Shown here in pieces: positions 8,322-16,340 of a stretch of 64,000 nt of DNA (the first letter of the stretch is position 1; each line of letters starts with the position of its first letter). Source of the DNA: an uncultured Chloroflexia bacterium (lineage in GTDB: Bacteria; Chloroflexota; Limnocylindria; QHBO01); contig CAWIVT010000007.1 of NCBI GenBank assembly GCA_963839635.1, positions 31,506 to 95,505 on the forward strand, written 5' to 3'. The notes under the pieces were generated by a model. It was not told where the DNA came from. It saw nothing but the letters and a program-made list of their open reading frames with translations, and ran no database searches. The translations under genes were made by a program, and so were the position numbers.

Positions 8322-8858
8322 ATGTCTCGACTGATCTCCGTCATCGGAGCTGTGCTCGCGCTAACGCTGCTGTCGGTCGCCACCGCCCTTGCGCAAGACG
8401 AGGTGTGCACCAGCTCGGAGGCTCCGGGCGACTACTACTGCCAAAAGCTGACGTTGACACTCGCTCCGAATAGCGACATCAACGAGGTCCTTGACCGGCT
8501 CGTCCCTGGTGCAGTCGTCGTCGAAAACGTCGGCGAGTCGATCGAGGCCCAGGGCGAAGAGCCGCTCGACCGCGAGCTTGCCTTCCGCCAGTGGCACATC
8601 CTGCTGGCCGCTGGTGACGACGCCGTTGCGGCGCGCGAGATCCTGCTGGCCGATGCGGCGATTGAGGACGTAGCCCTCTGGGCGCCCGGTGCACTGACCG
8701 CTCCGGGCGGGAACAGCGGAGGCCAGACACTCCCCAATACCGCACAGTCGCCGTCCCCGTCGGCCCTGGTCGCATCGATCGGTGTGGTGCTGATGGCAGT
8801 CGGCACGGCAACCATCCTTCCCAGGCTGGCGCGACCCCCCCGCGGGAAGCGGACCTGA
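8322..8858 (+). CDS. secreted surface protein with sortase-type C-terminal sorting signal (LPNTA)
   Basis: Signal peptide MSRLISVIGAVLALTLLSVATALA|QDE. LPNTA at 8730-8744 is followed by a hydrophobic stretch LVASIGVVLMAVGTATIL and a basic tail PRLARPPRGKRT. GGGGAGG lies upstream of the ATG. Confidence 0.7.
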   Translation: MSRLISVIGAVLALTLLSVATALAQDEVCTSSEAPGDYYCQKLTLTLAPNSDINEVLDRLVPGAVVVENVGESIEAQGEEPLDRELAFRQWHILLAAGDDAVAAREILLADAAIEDVALWAPGALTAPGGNSGGQTLPNTAQSPSPSALVASIGVVLMAVGTATILPRLARPPRGKRT

Positions 8859-8877
8859 GGCCTTGTACCTTGAACGA

Positions 8878-8900
8878 GGTCCGGAAGCGCATTCCGGACC
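8878..8900 (+). terminator. stem-loop after the LPNTA-protein gene
   Basis: Perfect 9-bp inverted repeat GGTCCGGAA / TTCCGGACC with a 5-nt loop, 20 nt after the stop. There is no U-tract, so function as an intrinsic terminator is tentative. Confidence 0.35.
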
Positions 8901-8910
8901 TCGTAGCGTC

Positions 8911-9519
8911 TTGACCAATCGGGACCGCACGAGTCGCGATCTGCACACCCACGGAGGGGAAGCTCTGGAGCTAGTCAATCGGGCTCGCGCTGGGGACAGA
9001 GAGGCATTCGACGTGCTCGTTGAACGACACGCGACCGAGACGTACCGAATGGCGACGGCCATCGTCGGCGCAGCCGACGCGCGCGACGTGACGCAGGAGA
9101 CATTTGTGGCCGCGTGGCAACAGCTTCGGCATCTGCGGGATGCCAATGCGTTCCAAGCCTGGCTTCGGCGCATCTGCGTCAATCGCGCCCGCAACTGGGT
9201 CCGCCACACAAAGGCCAGAGGGCCGACCTTGTCCCTCGACGCCGACGATGGCTTGGCCGACGCCATAGTCGACCCCGGCCGTGACTTTCGTGGCCTGGTT
9301 GAGGAGCGCATCGTGCTCCAGACCGCATATCGAGGTCTGAGTGTCGACCAGCGCGCAATGCTGGCCCTTCACTACGGGCTGGGCTACTCCATCGCCGATG
9401 CCGCCGATGCTCTGGGCGTGCGGGTCGGCACCGCCAAGTCGCGGCTCAACGCCGGACTCAACGTCCTGCGTGACGCGATAGCTGAGACAACCGCAGCCGA
9501 CAGAAGGGTGCCTCGATGA
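8911..9519 (+). CDS. ECF-type RNA polymerase sigma-70 family factor
   Basis: Region 2 (DVTQETFVAAWQQLRHLRDANAFQAWLRRICVNRARNW) and region 4 (LSVDQRAMLALHYGLGYSIADAADALGVRVGTAKSRLNAGL). TTG at 8911 is chosen because it lies just downstream of the 8878-8900 hairpin. The track start at 8863 overlaps that hairpin. Confidence 0.8.
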   Translation: MTNRDRTSRDLHTHGGEALELVNRARAGDREAFDVLVERHATETYRMATAIVGAADARDVTQETFVAAWQQLRHLRDANAFQAWLRRICVNRARNWVRHTKARGPTLSLDADDGLADAIVDPGRDFRGLVEERIVLQTAYRGLSVDQRAMLALHYGLGYSIADAADALGVRVGTAKSRLNAGLNVLRDAIAETTAADRRVPR

Positions 9520-10319
9520 GCGACGATCGGATCATCGACTTCCTGCGCTCGCAGGCACAGGTTGACGAGCCACCCGACCTGGTGAGGTCGGTGTTGTACG
9601 CCGTCGACGCTGCACCGCCGAGGCGGGCATGGTTTGCGCCGCTCCTGCCTGCGTTCGCGACCGCCGTGGCAATGGCAGTCGTGCTTGGGTTGGCGCTGCT
9701 TCTCGGACAGCGTCCCAACCTCGGGCCGCCTCCGCCAGTGCTGTCACCGTCACCGCGGGCGAGCGAGGTTGCTTCGGCCCGACCGTCCAGCGCACCGACG
9801 GACGCACACGATACTGTCGCGCTGACGCAGCCCGGCGACACCAGTGAACTGTCAGCGGTCGATGCGGCCGGAGAGTGGGGCAACATCCGGATCGAGCGCG
9901 GCGACGATCGCGCTGCCTACGATGACGTCGCCATCGGCGAGGGGACCTTTGCGATCGAAGTGTTCGTCGACTACGCGGCCGAGCGCATGCCGGCTCCTGA
10001 GCAGTTTGGCTACAGCGACTGGGTCCTGAGACCGACCGATCCAACCGCGGAGCACTTCTTCGTCCGGGAACCGTCGCTATTCGCATTGGATCCGGGTCAG
10101 CCGCGCGAGCGTCAACCGTTGCTCGGGCTGTTCCCGGGCGCCGTCGACATCTTCACTACCCCAACCGGGGGTTGGGTCGTCTTCGAGGTGCCTCGGCGGG
10201 AGGCAAACCTCGAGCTCGAGCTCGCTTATTGGCCCGCCGGCTTTGACGAACCGGTGGCGACCATCGTCCTGCGCAGGCCCGGCGCACCACCGGAGCCGGT
10301 CGCACCGGCCTCGCCATAG
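9516..10319 (+). CDS. single-pass membrane protein, putative anti-sigma factor partner
   Basis: ATGA start/stop overlap with the sigma gene. Short cytoplasmic N-terminus, one TM helix (FAPLLPAFATAVAMAVVLGLALLLG), then a ~190-aa extracytoplasmic domain. No recognised anti-sigma zinc motif, so the role is inferred from context. Confidence 0.5.
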   Translation: MSDDRIIDFLRSQAQVDEPPDLVRSVLYAVDAAPPRRAWFAPLLPAFATAVAMAVVLGLALLLGQRPNLGPPPPVLSPSPRASEVASARPSSAPTDAHDTVALTQPGDTSELSAVDAAGEWGNIRIERGDDRAAYDDVAIGEGTFAIEVFVDYAAERMPAPEQFGYSDWVLRPTDPTAEHFFVREPSLFALDPGQPRERQPLLGLFPGAVDIFTTPTGGWVVFEVPRREANLELELAYWPAGFDEPVATIVLRRPGAPPEPVAPASP

Positions 10320-10347
10320 CCGGTCCCACGCGGGCCCGGCAGCCTCC

Positions 10348-10560
10348 GAGGAGATTCTGACCAACCCCCGTTACCTGGGCCGCGCCATCCGCCACAAGGG
10401 GCGACGCGACGAGGAGAGCGTCCCGCACAGTTCGAGGCACCCATCGACCGCGCGCTGTTCGAACGAGTGCAATGGGTCCGCACCGAGCGCCGCACGCGCC
10501 ACGGGGGCGGCGGGGCTGCGTTTGCAGAGGCCGATTCCGATGCGGAGCAGCCCGATGAGG
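10348..10560 (+). pseudogene. remnant of a large serine recombinase (internal recombinase-domain fragment, frameshifted)
   Basis: EEILTNPRYLGRAIRHKGRRDEES reads in one frame, then FEAPIDRALFERVQWVRTERRTRHGG in the next. Both resemble the IL-x-NP-x-Y-x-G and downstream segment of the recombinase domain. The catalytic N-terminal domain and zinc-ribbon C-terminus are absent. Confidence 0.4.
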
Positions 10561-10758
10561 CCTCCTCCCTGCTTTCCGCGCGCGGCTACCTGGAGGAATT
10601 CGGGTCCTCTGTGGCGCGATCCGAACGTGCCGGATGGGCTGGGGGAAGAGGCGGCGAGAGAACAACTTCGAGCAGCTCGACCTGTGGGATGGTTTACCCG
10701 CGAGCCGAGCACGCGTGGCTTCTGGGCATGGCGGAGCTGAAGAGCGAGGATTTGGTAC

Positions 10759-10834
10759 TGGTCGGGGCGAGAGGACTCGAACCTCCGACCTCGTCGTCCC
10801 GAACGACGCGCGCTACCTACTGCGCCACGCCCCG
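10759..10834 (-). tRNA. tRNA-Pro (anticodon CGG)
   Basis: Reverse complement folds as a cloverleaf: CGGGGCG TG GCGC AGTAGGTA GCGC G CGTCG TTCGGGA CGACG AGGTC GGAGG TTCGAGT CCTCT CGCCCCG A CCA (76 nt, encoded CCA). Confidence 0.9.
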
Positions 10835-10908
10835 ACCGAAGGGCGGCCATCGTAGCAGGCGAGGGAGAGAGGGTCCAACCCGCGCGATCCGATGGCGGAC
10901 GTGAAAAA

Positions 10909-10969
10909 TCCCGAAGGAACCGCGGCGACCGTTGATGTGATCTCGGATCGGCCAGCTGCCCCTTCGGGA
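10909..10969 (-). terminator. possible long stem-loop plus U-tract downstream of serA
   Basis: On the minus strand, TCCCGAAGG ... CCTTCGGGA (9-bp arms, 43-nt interior) is followed by TTTTT. It lies between the serA stop and the tRNA. The large loop makes this weak. Confidence 0.25.
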
Positions 10970-11075
10970 CGTTTCGATCATGCCGGGCCTCGCGCGGACG
11001 GATCAAGCCCAGTTGTCCACGAACTCGGCGCGCGCCGGCGAACTTATCCACCGTTCGTCGGCAACGGCGCCGGTG

Positions 11076-12680
11076 TTAGAGCTCCGGGAGCTCGACCAGC
11101 TTCACCTCGATCATGCCGTCTGCGGCGCGGATCCGGTCGAGGGTGGCCGCCTCCAACGGGTCATCGACCGACACGAACATCATCGCCTCGCCGCGCTCGG
11201 AGAGCCGCGACAGCTCCAGCGACGAGATGTTGATGCCGGCCTCCGCCAGGATCGTGCCGACGGCGCCGACGATGCCCGGCCGGTCGTGATGGCGGGTCAC
11301 GAGCATGAGCCCGACGAGCTCCGCATCGATGGCGAAGCCGTTCAGCCCGGCGAGGTGAGGTCGGCCATGGGCGGTCGAGCCGGCAAGCGTCAGGGCGGCT
11401 GGCCCTTCGGACGGCCCGACGGCCACCTCCACCAGGGATGCCCACGGCTCGGATGAGGGGGTGCGCGTCTCCCGCACCGTCAGGCCGCGCTCGTGCGCCA
11501 CGAGATCGGCGTTGACCGCGTTGACCCGCTGGTCGGTGACGGCCTCCAGGATGCCTGCCACCGCTGCGGTGCGAATCGGCGCGCACTCCCCCGCCGCGAT
11601 CTCGCCGGCGTAGGTCAGCGACAACGAGTCGAATGCGCCCGGCGCCAGCTGGCGGGCCAGGATGGCCAGGCGGCGGCCGAGCTCGACGTACGGCCGGAGG
11701 CGCGGCGCGGTCTCCGGTCCGACCGACGGCGCGTTGACGGCGTACGGCGGTGTGACGCCGGAGAGTGCCATCAGCACCTGCTCGGCCATCTCGACCGCGA
11801 CCCGATCCTGGGCCTCGGCCGTCGACGCCCCGAGGTGCGGCGTCATCACGACGTTCGGTGCTGCGCGCAGCGGATTGTCCGCGGCCATCGGCTCGGCCGA
11901 GTAGACGTCGACGGCGGCGCCGGCGAGATGGCCGGAGGCGAGCGCATCGGCGAGCGCCGACTCGTCGACGATCCCGCCGCGCGCGACGTTCAGCACGAAC
12001 GCACCCGGCTTGGTCGCCTCGAGCTGCGCGCGGCCGAGGAGGCCGCGCGTCTGGGCGGTGAGCGGCGTATGGACGCTGATCACGTCGGACCGATGGAGGA
12101 GCTCCGCCATCCCGACCAGCTTCGCCCCGTACTCGGACGCCTGGTCCTCGGTCAGGTATGGGTCGCTGGTGATCACGCGCATCTCGAACCCGGCCGCGCG
12201 CCGAGCAACGGCCTTGCCGATCTTGCCGAGGCCGATCAGGCCGAGGGTCTTGCCGCGAAGCTCCCGGCCGGTGTACCTCCCGCGCTCCCACTCGCCCGAT
12301 CGAATGGATGCGTCTGCCGTGGGAACGTGGCGCAGCAGCGCGAGCATGAGCGCCATGGTGTGCTCGGCGGCGGCGATCGTGTTGCCGGTGGGGGCGTTGA
12401 CGATCATCACGCCCGCGCGGGTTGCCGCCTCGACGTCGATCCGGTCGATCCCGACGCTCGCCACGCCGACGACGCTCAGCCGGGGCGCCGCGGCTGAGAG
12501 CAGCTCCGCGTCGACGCGCGTCTGGGAACGGACGACCAGCGCGTCCCATCCTCCGCCCTCGGCGAGGAGGCCGAGCACGGCTTCACGACCGAGCCCGGAT
12601 CGGACCTCGGTCTCGTGCGTTGCGGCCAGGAGATCGACGCCGGCCCCTGCGACCGGCTCGACCACGAGGATGCGCGCCAT
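11076..12680 (-). CDS. serA: D-3-phosphoglycerate dehydrogenase (long form with ACT domain)
   Basis: 534 aa. It has an NAD-binding GLIGLGKIGKAVARRA motif, a 2-hydroxyacid dehydrogenase catalytic region (NVARGGIVDE...TPHLGAST), and a C-terminal intervening domain plus ACT domain (HHDRPGIVGAVGTILAEAGINISSLELSR). Confidence 0.9.
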   Translation of the reverse strand: MARILVVEPVAGAGVDLLAATHETEVRSGLGREAVLGLLAEGGGWDALVVRSQTRVDAELLSAAAPRLSVVGVASVGIDRIDVEAATRAGVMIVNAPTGNTIAAAEHTMALMLALLRHVPTADASIRSGEWERGRYTGRELRGKTLGLIGLGKIGKAVARRAAGFEMRVITSDPYLTEDQASEYGAKLVGMAELLHRSDVISVHTPLTAQTRGLLGRAQLEATKPGAFVLNVARGGIVDESALADALASGHLAGAAVDVYSAEPMAADNPLRAAPNVVMTPHLGASTAEAQDRVAVEMAEQVLMALSGVTPPYAVNAPSVGPETAPRLRPYVELGRRLAILARQLAPGAFDSLSLTYAGEIAAGECAPIRTAAVAGILEAVTDQRVNAVNADLVAHERGLTVRETRTPSSEPWASLVEVAVGPSEGPAALTLAGSTAHGRPHLAGLNGFAIDAELVGLMLVTRHHDRPGIVGAVGTILAEAGINISSLELSRLSERGEAMMFVSVDDPLEAATLDRIRAADGMIEVKLVELPEL

Positions 12681-12804
12681 CGGTAGCCGGGAGTCTAGCC
12701 GTGTCTGATATGAGTCGATTGTGGCCCCGAGAATGCCGTAGAGTGACCCGGGCTTTCACGCGGGCACGCGCGAGACAGCACCGGGTGGGAGAACGGCGAG
12801 CAGA

Positions 12805-14220
12805 ATGATCAGACGGCACCTCATGGCGCTCAGGGTCGCGCTCATGCTCGGCGATGGGCTCAGCGCGGTGCTCGTCTTCCTCGGAGTCTCCTTCCTTCGG
12901 TTCCGCGACGGAGACCCCACCGACCTGTGGCGCGACGTCGGCATCGACATCCGCCTGGCTGCACTCCTCTTCGCCGTCACCTGGGTGGGCACCCTGTGGG
13001 CGATGGGCCTGTATCGGCTGAGCGTCCGCTGGCGCCTCTGGACCGAGATGCGCGACATCGCGCGCACGGCGCTCGTGGTGGTGGCCGTCACGCTGTCGAC
13101 GCTGTTCATCGTCAAGCAGGAGGACGTCAGCCGGCTCTTCCTCGCATTCCTGTTCGTCGCACAGCCGGCGGTCACGCTCGCCGGCCGGATCCTGCTGCGC
13201 TACGGCTTCGAGGCCATCCGACGCAACGGGCACGACGCCCGGTACATGCTCGTGGCGGGGACGGGCCGCCTCGCCCAGGAATTCGCCGATCGGGTCGAGA
13301 GCCACCCGGGGCTCGGGCATGCAGATCATCGGCCACCTGTCGGCGCCGGGCGAACGGAGTCCGTCGTGACGCGACCGATCCTCGGCAGCGTCGAGGACAT
13401 CGAGGAGATCCTCCACTCGCAGGTCGTCGACGAGGTCGCCGTGTGCCTGCCGCCGACCGCCGCGCAGTACCTGGAGCCGATCACGGGCCTCGCCGCCGGC
13501 GAGGGCAAGACCGTCCGGATCCCGGTGGACCCGGTCCAGGAGATCCTGCCGACGCGCCTACCAGGAGGAGTTCGACGGCTTCCTGGTGCGCTCGCTGATC
13601 CACGACGGGCAGCGCGAGGTCGGGTCTCGTCGCCAAGCGCGTGCTCGACATCGTGGGGGCCGGCGTCGGCCTCGTGCTGCTCAGCCCCCTGCTCATCGGC
13701 ACCGCGATCGTGCTGTTCATGCGCGAGGGCTCACCGATCCTGTTCCGTCAGACCCGGGTCGGGCTGCACGGCCGCCCGTTCAGCGATCTACAAGTTCCGC
13801 ACGATGGTCCCGGACGCCGAGGAGCAGCTGGACGAGGTGCAGCACCTCAACGAGCGCAGCGGCGTCAGCCTTCAAGGCCAAGCGACGATCCCGCGCATCA
13901 CGCCGCGTCGGCCGATGGCTGCGGCGCACCTCGATCGACGAGCTGCCCAGCTATGGAACGTCCTGACCGGGTCGATGAGCCTGGTCGGGCCGCGCCCGCC
14001 TCTCCCGAACGAGGTGGCCGAGTACGACATCTGGCACCGGCGCCGTCTCAGCATGAAGCCCGGCATCACCGGCCTCTGGCAGGTCGAGGCACGCCACGAA
14101 CCCGACTTCGACCGATGGGTCGAGCACGACCTCATCTACATCGACGGCTGGTCGATCTGGCTCGACCTGAAGATCCTGGCAAAGACGCTGCCCGCCCTCC
14201 TCGCGCACGGGGGCCACTGA
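12805..14220 (+). pseudogene. WbaP/WcaJ-type polyprenyl-phosphate hexose-1-phosphate (sugar) transferase; reading frame broken several times as assembled
   Basis: N-terminal TM region and C-terminal catalytic domain. The conserved string KRVLDIVGAGVGLVLLSPLLIGTAIVLFMREGSPILFRQTRVGLHGRPFSIYKFRTMV...[48 protein letters not shown] can only be read by hopping among all three frames between about 13550 and 13960 (track ORFs 12805-14220, 13586-13966, 13641-14270). Confidence 0.8.
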
Positions 14221-14282
14221 CCCGGTCACGTCGCCCGGATCGTATGACAATGTCCCACGCGGCGGGCTAGGATGGCGCCGTC

Positions 14283-15365
14283 ATGCAGGACACGCAGCCA
14301 TATCGCCGGCCGAGGCAGGCACAGGCCAGGCGCGTGCGCCGTGACCCTCCCCGACCGCGACGCCCCGTCAACTGGCGACTCCGGATCCGCATCTTCGCCC
14401 TCCTCCTGATCGCCCTGCTCGTCACGGGGACAGTGCTCCTCTGGCAGCGGGCGGCGGCCTTCAACGACGCGGTCTCGACCGAATCGGCCCTCTCGATGCG
14501 CCTCTTCGGGCCGTTCGGGCCGGAGCGCATCAACGTCCTGCTGCTGGGCTACAGCGACGAGTCGCGCGAGGGTGCCTTCCTGTCGGACTCGATGAACGTC
14601 ATCAGCATCGACCGCACCACCGACACGTCGACCATGATCCCGATCCCGCGCGACCTGTGGGTGGAGGGGATGGCCGAGGTCCCGCAGAACATGAAGATCA
14701 ACGAGGCGTTCAGCATCGGGACCCACGCCGCCGGCATCGAGGCCGGGGCGGAGCTTGCATCGAGGGCGGTCTCGCACGTCACCGGGCTGGAGATCCACGG
14801 TTGGATCAGCCTCGACTTCCAGGGCTTCGAGGCGATGGTGGACGCGCTCGACGGCATCACCCTCGACAACCCGCGGGCCTTTGGCTACACGTGGGACGAG
14901 GCCAACTTCCTCGCCGGCAACTTCCAGCACGCGTTCGAGGCCGGACAGCTGCAGCTCGAGGGCGAGCGCGCCCTCGACTACGCCCGAACCCGGTACACCA
15001 GCGTGCCCGAGGAATCCAGCGACTTCGCTCGCCTCGTCCGGCAGCAGCGCGTGCTCCAGGCCATCAAGGCCGAGGTCAGCGGTTGGCAGACCCTGCCGCG
15101 CGGCATGGCAGTGGCCGAGTCCCTCACCGGCCACCTGCGCACCAACCTGCCCGTCCTGGATCTCGCGATGCTCGCCGACGAGCTCGATGTCGACAACCGT
15201 CTCGAGCTTGCGGAGGACGTCATCCTCGACGCGACCGTCAATACGATCGGGCAGTACGTCCTGGTCGTGATCGGCCAGTCATCGACGACCGACTACTCGC
15301 CGCTCCACGAGTTCATCCGCGACGGCGTGCAGAACCTGGTGGCCGCGACGCCCCCCTCGCCCTAG
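14283..15365 (+). CDS. LCP (LytR-CpsA-Psr) family glycopolymer-peptidoglycan ligase
   Basis: N-terminal TM anchor followed by the LCP core: INVLLLGYSDE...SDSMNVISIDRTTDTSTMIPIPRDLWV...LDYARTRY. Confidence 0.8.
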   Translation: MQDTQPYRRPRQAQARRVRRDPPRPRRPVNWRLRIRIFALLLIALLVTGTVLLWQRAAAFNDAVSTESALSMRLFGPFGPERINVLLLGYSDESREGAFLSDSMNVISIDRTTDTSTMIPIPRDLWVEGMAEVPQNMKINEAFSIGTHAAGIEAGAELASRAVSHVTGLEIHGWISLDFQGFEAMVDALDGITLDNPRAFGYTWDEANFLAGNFQHAFEAGQLQLEGERALDYARTRYTSVPEESSDFARLVRQQRVLQAIKAEVSGWQTLPRGMAVAESLTGHLRTNLPVLDLAMLADELDVDNRLELAEDVILDATVNTIGQYVLVVIGQSSTTDYSPLHEFIRDGVQNLVAATPPSP

Positions 15366-15378
15366 CGACCTCTCCGGG

Positions 15379-16332
15379 CTATTGGAGCTGGTTGGCGCTG
15401 TCGCCGGCTCCCCGCGCGTAGCCGAGGAACTGCCCCAGGGCCTGCGAGTAGAGGAGCCACACGATTGCCGGTGCGCCGCGCAGCAGGCGTCTCGTATACC
15501 CCTTCCTGGTCCCGATGGCGAGGATTCGGCCGAACCGGGCGATCGGGACGACGAAGGCGCCGACGAACCGGATCCAGTCGATCGGGCTCATCGTCTCGCG
15601 CCGGAATCCCGAGATCGTCCGCCCGGCGTGGTAGTGGATCACGGTGGTCGGTCCGAAGCCCAGGGATTGCACGTGGGAGACGCGAATCCTGTCGTCCGCC
15701 ACGAGCAGCTCGCCGCGCTCCTGCAGCATCTTCTGATGCAGGACATCCATGGCGCCCTGGCCGCCGAAGCCCTGCACGTCCGCGAGTGCTGATCGCTTGT
15801 AGGAGACATTGACCGCGCCGGCCAGTCGGCTTGCCACCCCCGAACGGATCGGGGACATGACGCCGGCCTGGACGATGAAGAAGCTGGCCCAGTCCATCAC
15901 CGAGTCGACGGCCCCGTTCTCCACGGACCCGCCGATGGCGGCGGCGTCGGGGTGCTCCGCGTGCGCAGCGAGCATCCGCTCGCACCAGTCAGGCGGGGCG
16001 TTGCAGTGGTCTTCGGTGATGGCGACGATCGGGCCGCGGCTCAGCTCGTAGCCTCTCAGCCGGAGCTGGAACACGCTCTCACCGGGAAACTCGTGCCAGG
16101 CCGTCACGCTCGAGAGCGTCCCCGGGGGAGGGGGATCCAGGCCACTCCCGTCCAGCAGGATGAGCTCCGCTCCGACGCGCTCTGCGGCTGCCTCGGCGGC
16201 TCGGACGGTGGAGCAATGTCGGGCCATCCCTGAACGCTGCCGATGACGATCGAAAGCGGGACAGACGCTTCGTTGGGCACGGTACTCCAGTGTTCGGATC
16301 CGAAAAGTGCGCCGCGATGCTAGCACTATCAT
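15379..16332 (-). CDS. family 2 glycosyltransferase
   Basis: GT2-like N-terminal half: SVCPAFDRH...ELILLDGSG, ITEDHCNAPPDW. Possible starts are GTG 16350, ATG 16332 or GTG 16326. All of them abut or overlap the divergent flippase start at 16341. Confidence 0.6.
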   Translation of the reverse strand: MIVLASRRTFRIRTLEYRAQRSVCPAFDRHRQRSGMARHCSTVRAAEAAAERVGAELILLDGSGLDPPPPGTLSSVTAWHEFPGESVFQLRLRGYELSRGPIVAITEDHCNAPPDWCERMLAAHAEHPDAAAIGGSVENGAVDSVMDWASFFIVQAGVMSPIRSGVASRLAGAVNVSYKRSALADVQGFGGQGAMDVLHQKMLQERGELLVADDRIRVSHVQSLGFGPTTVIHYHAGRTISGFRRETMSPIDWIRFVGAFVVPIARFGRILAIGTRKGYTRRLLRGAPAIVWLLYSQALGQFLGYARGAGDSANQLQ

Positions 16333-16340
16333 CGGCCGCC

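Noticed and set aside
10371-11051. 226-aa minus-strand ORF and the plus-strand ORFs 10467-10904 and 10634-10855
   Set aside because: They run through the tRNA-Pro(CGG) gene and the recombinase remnant. Apart from the short recombinase-like segments they have no coding signal.
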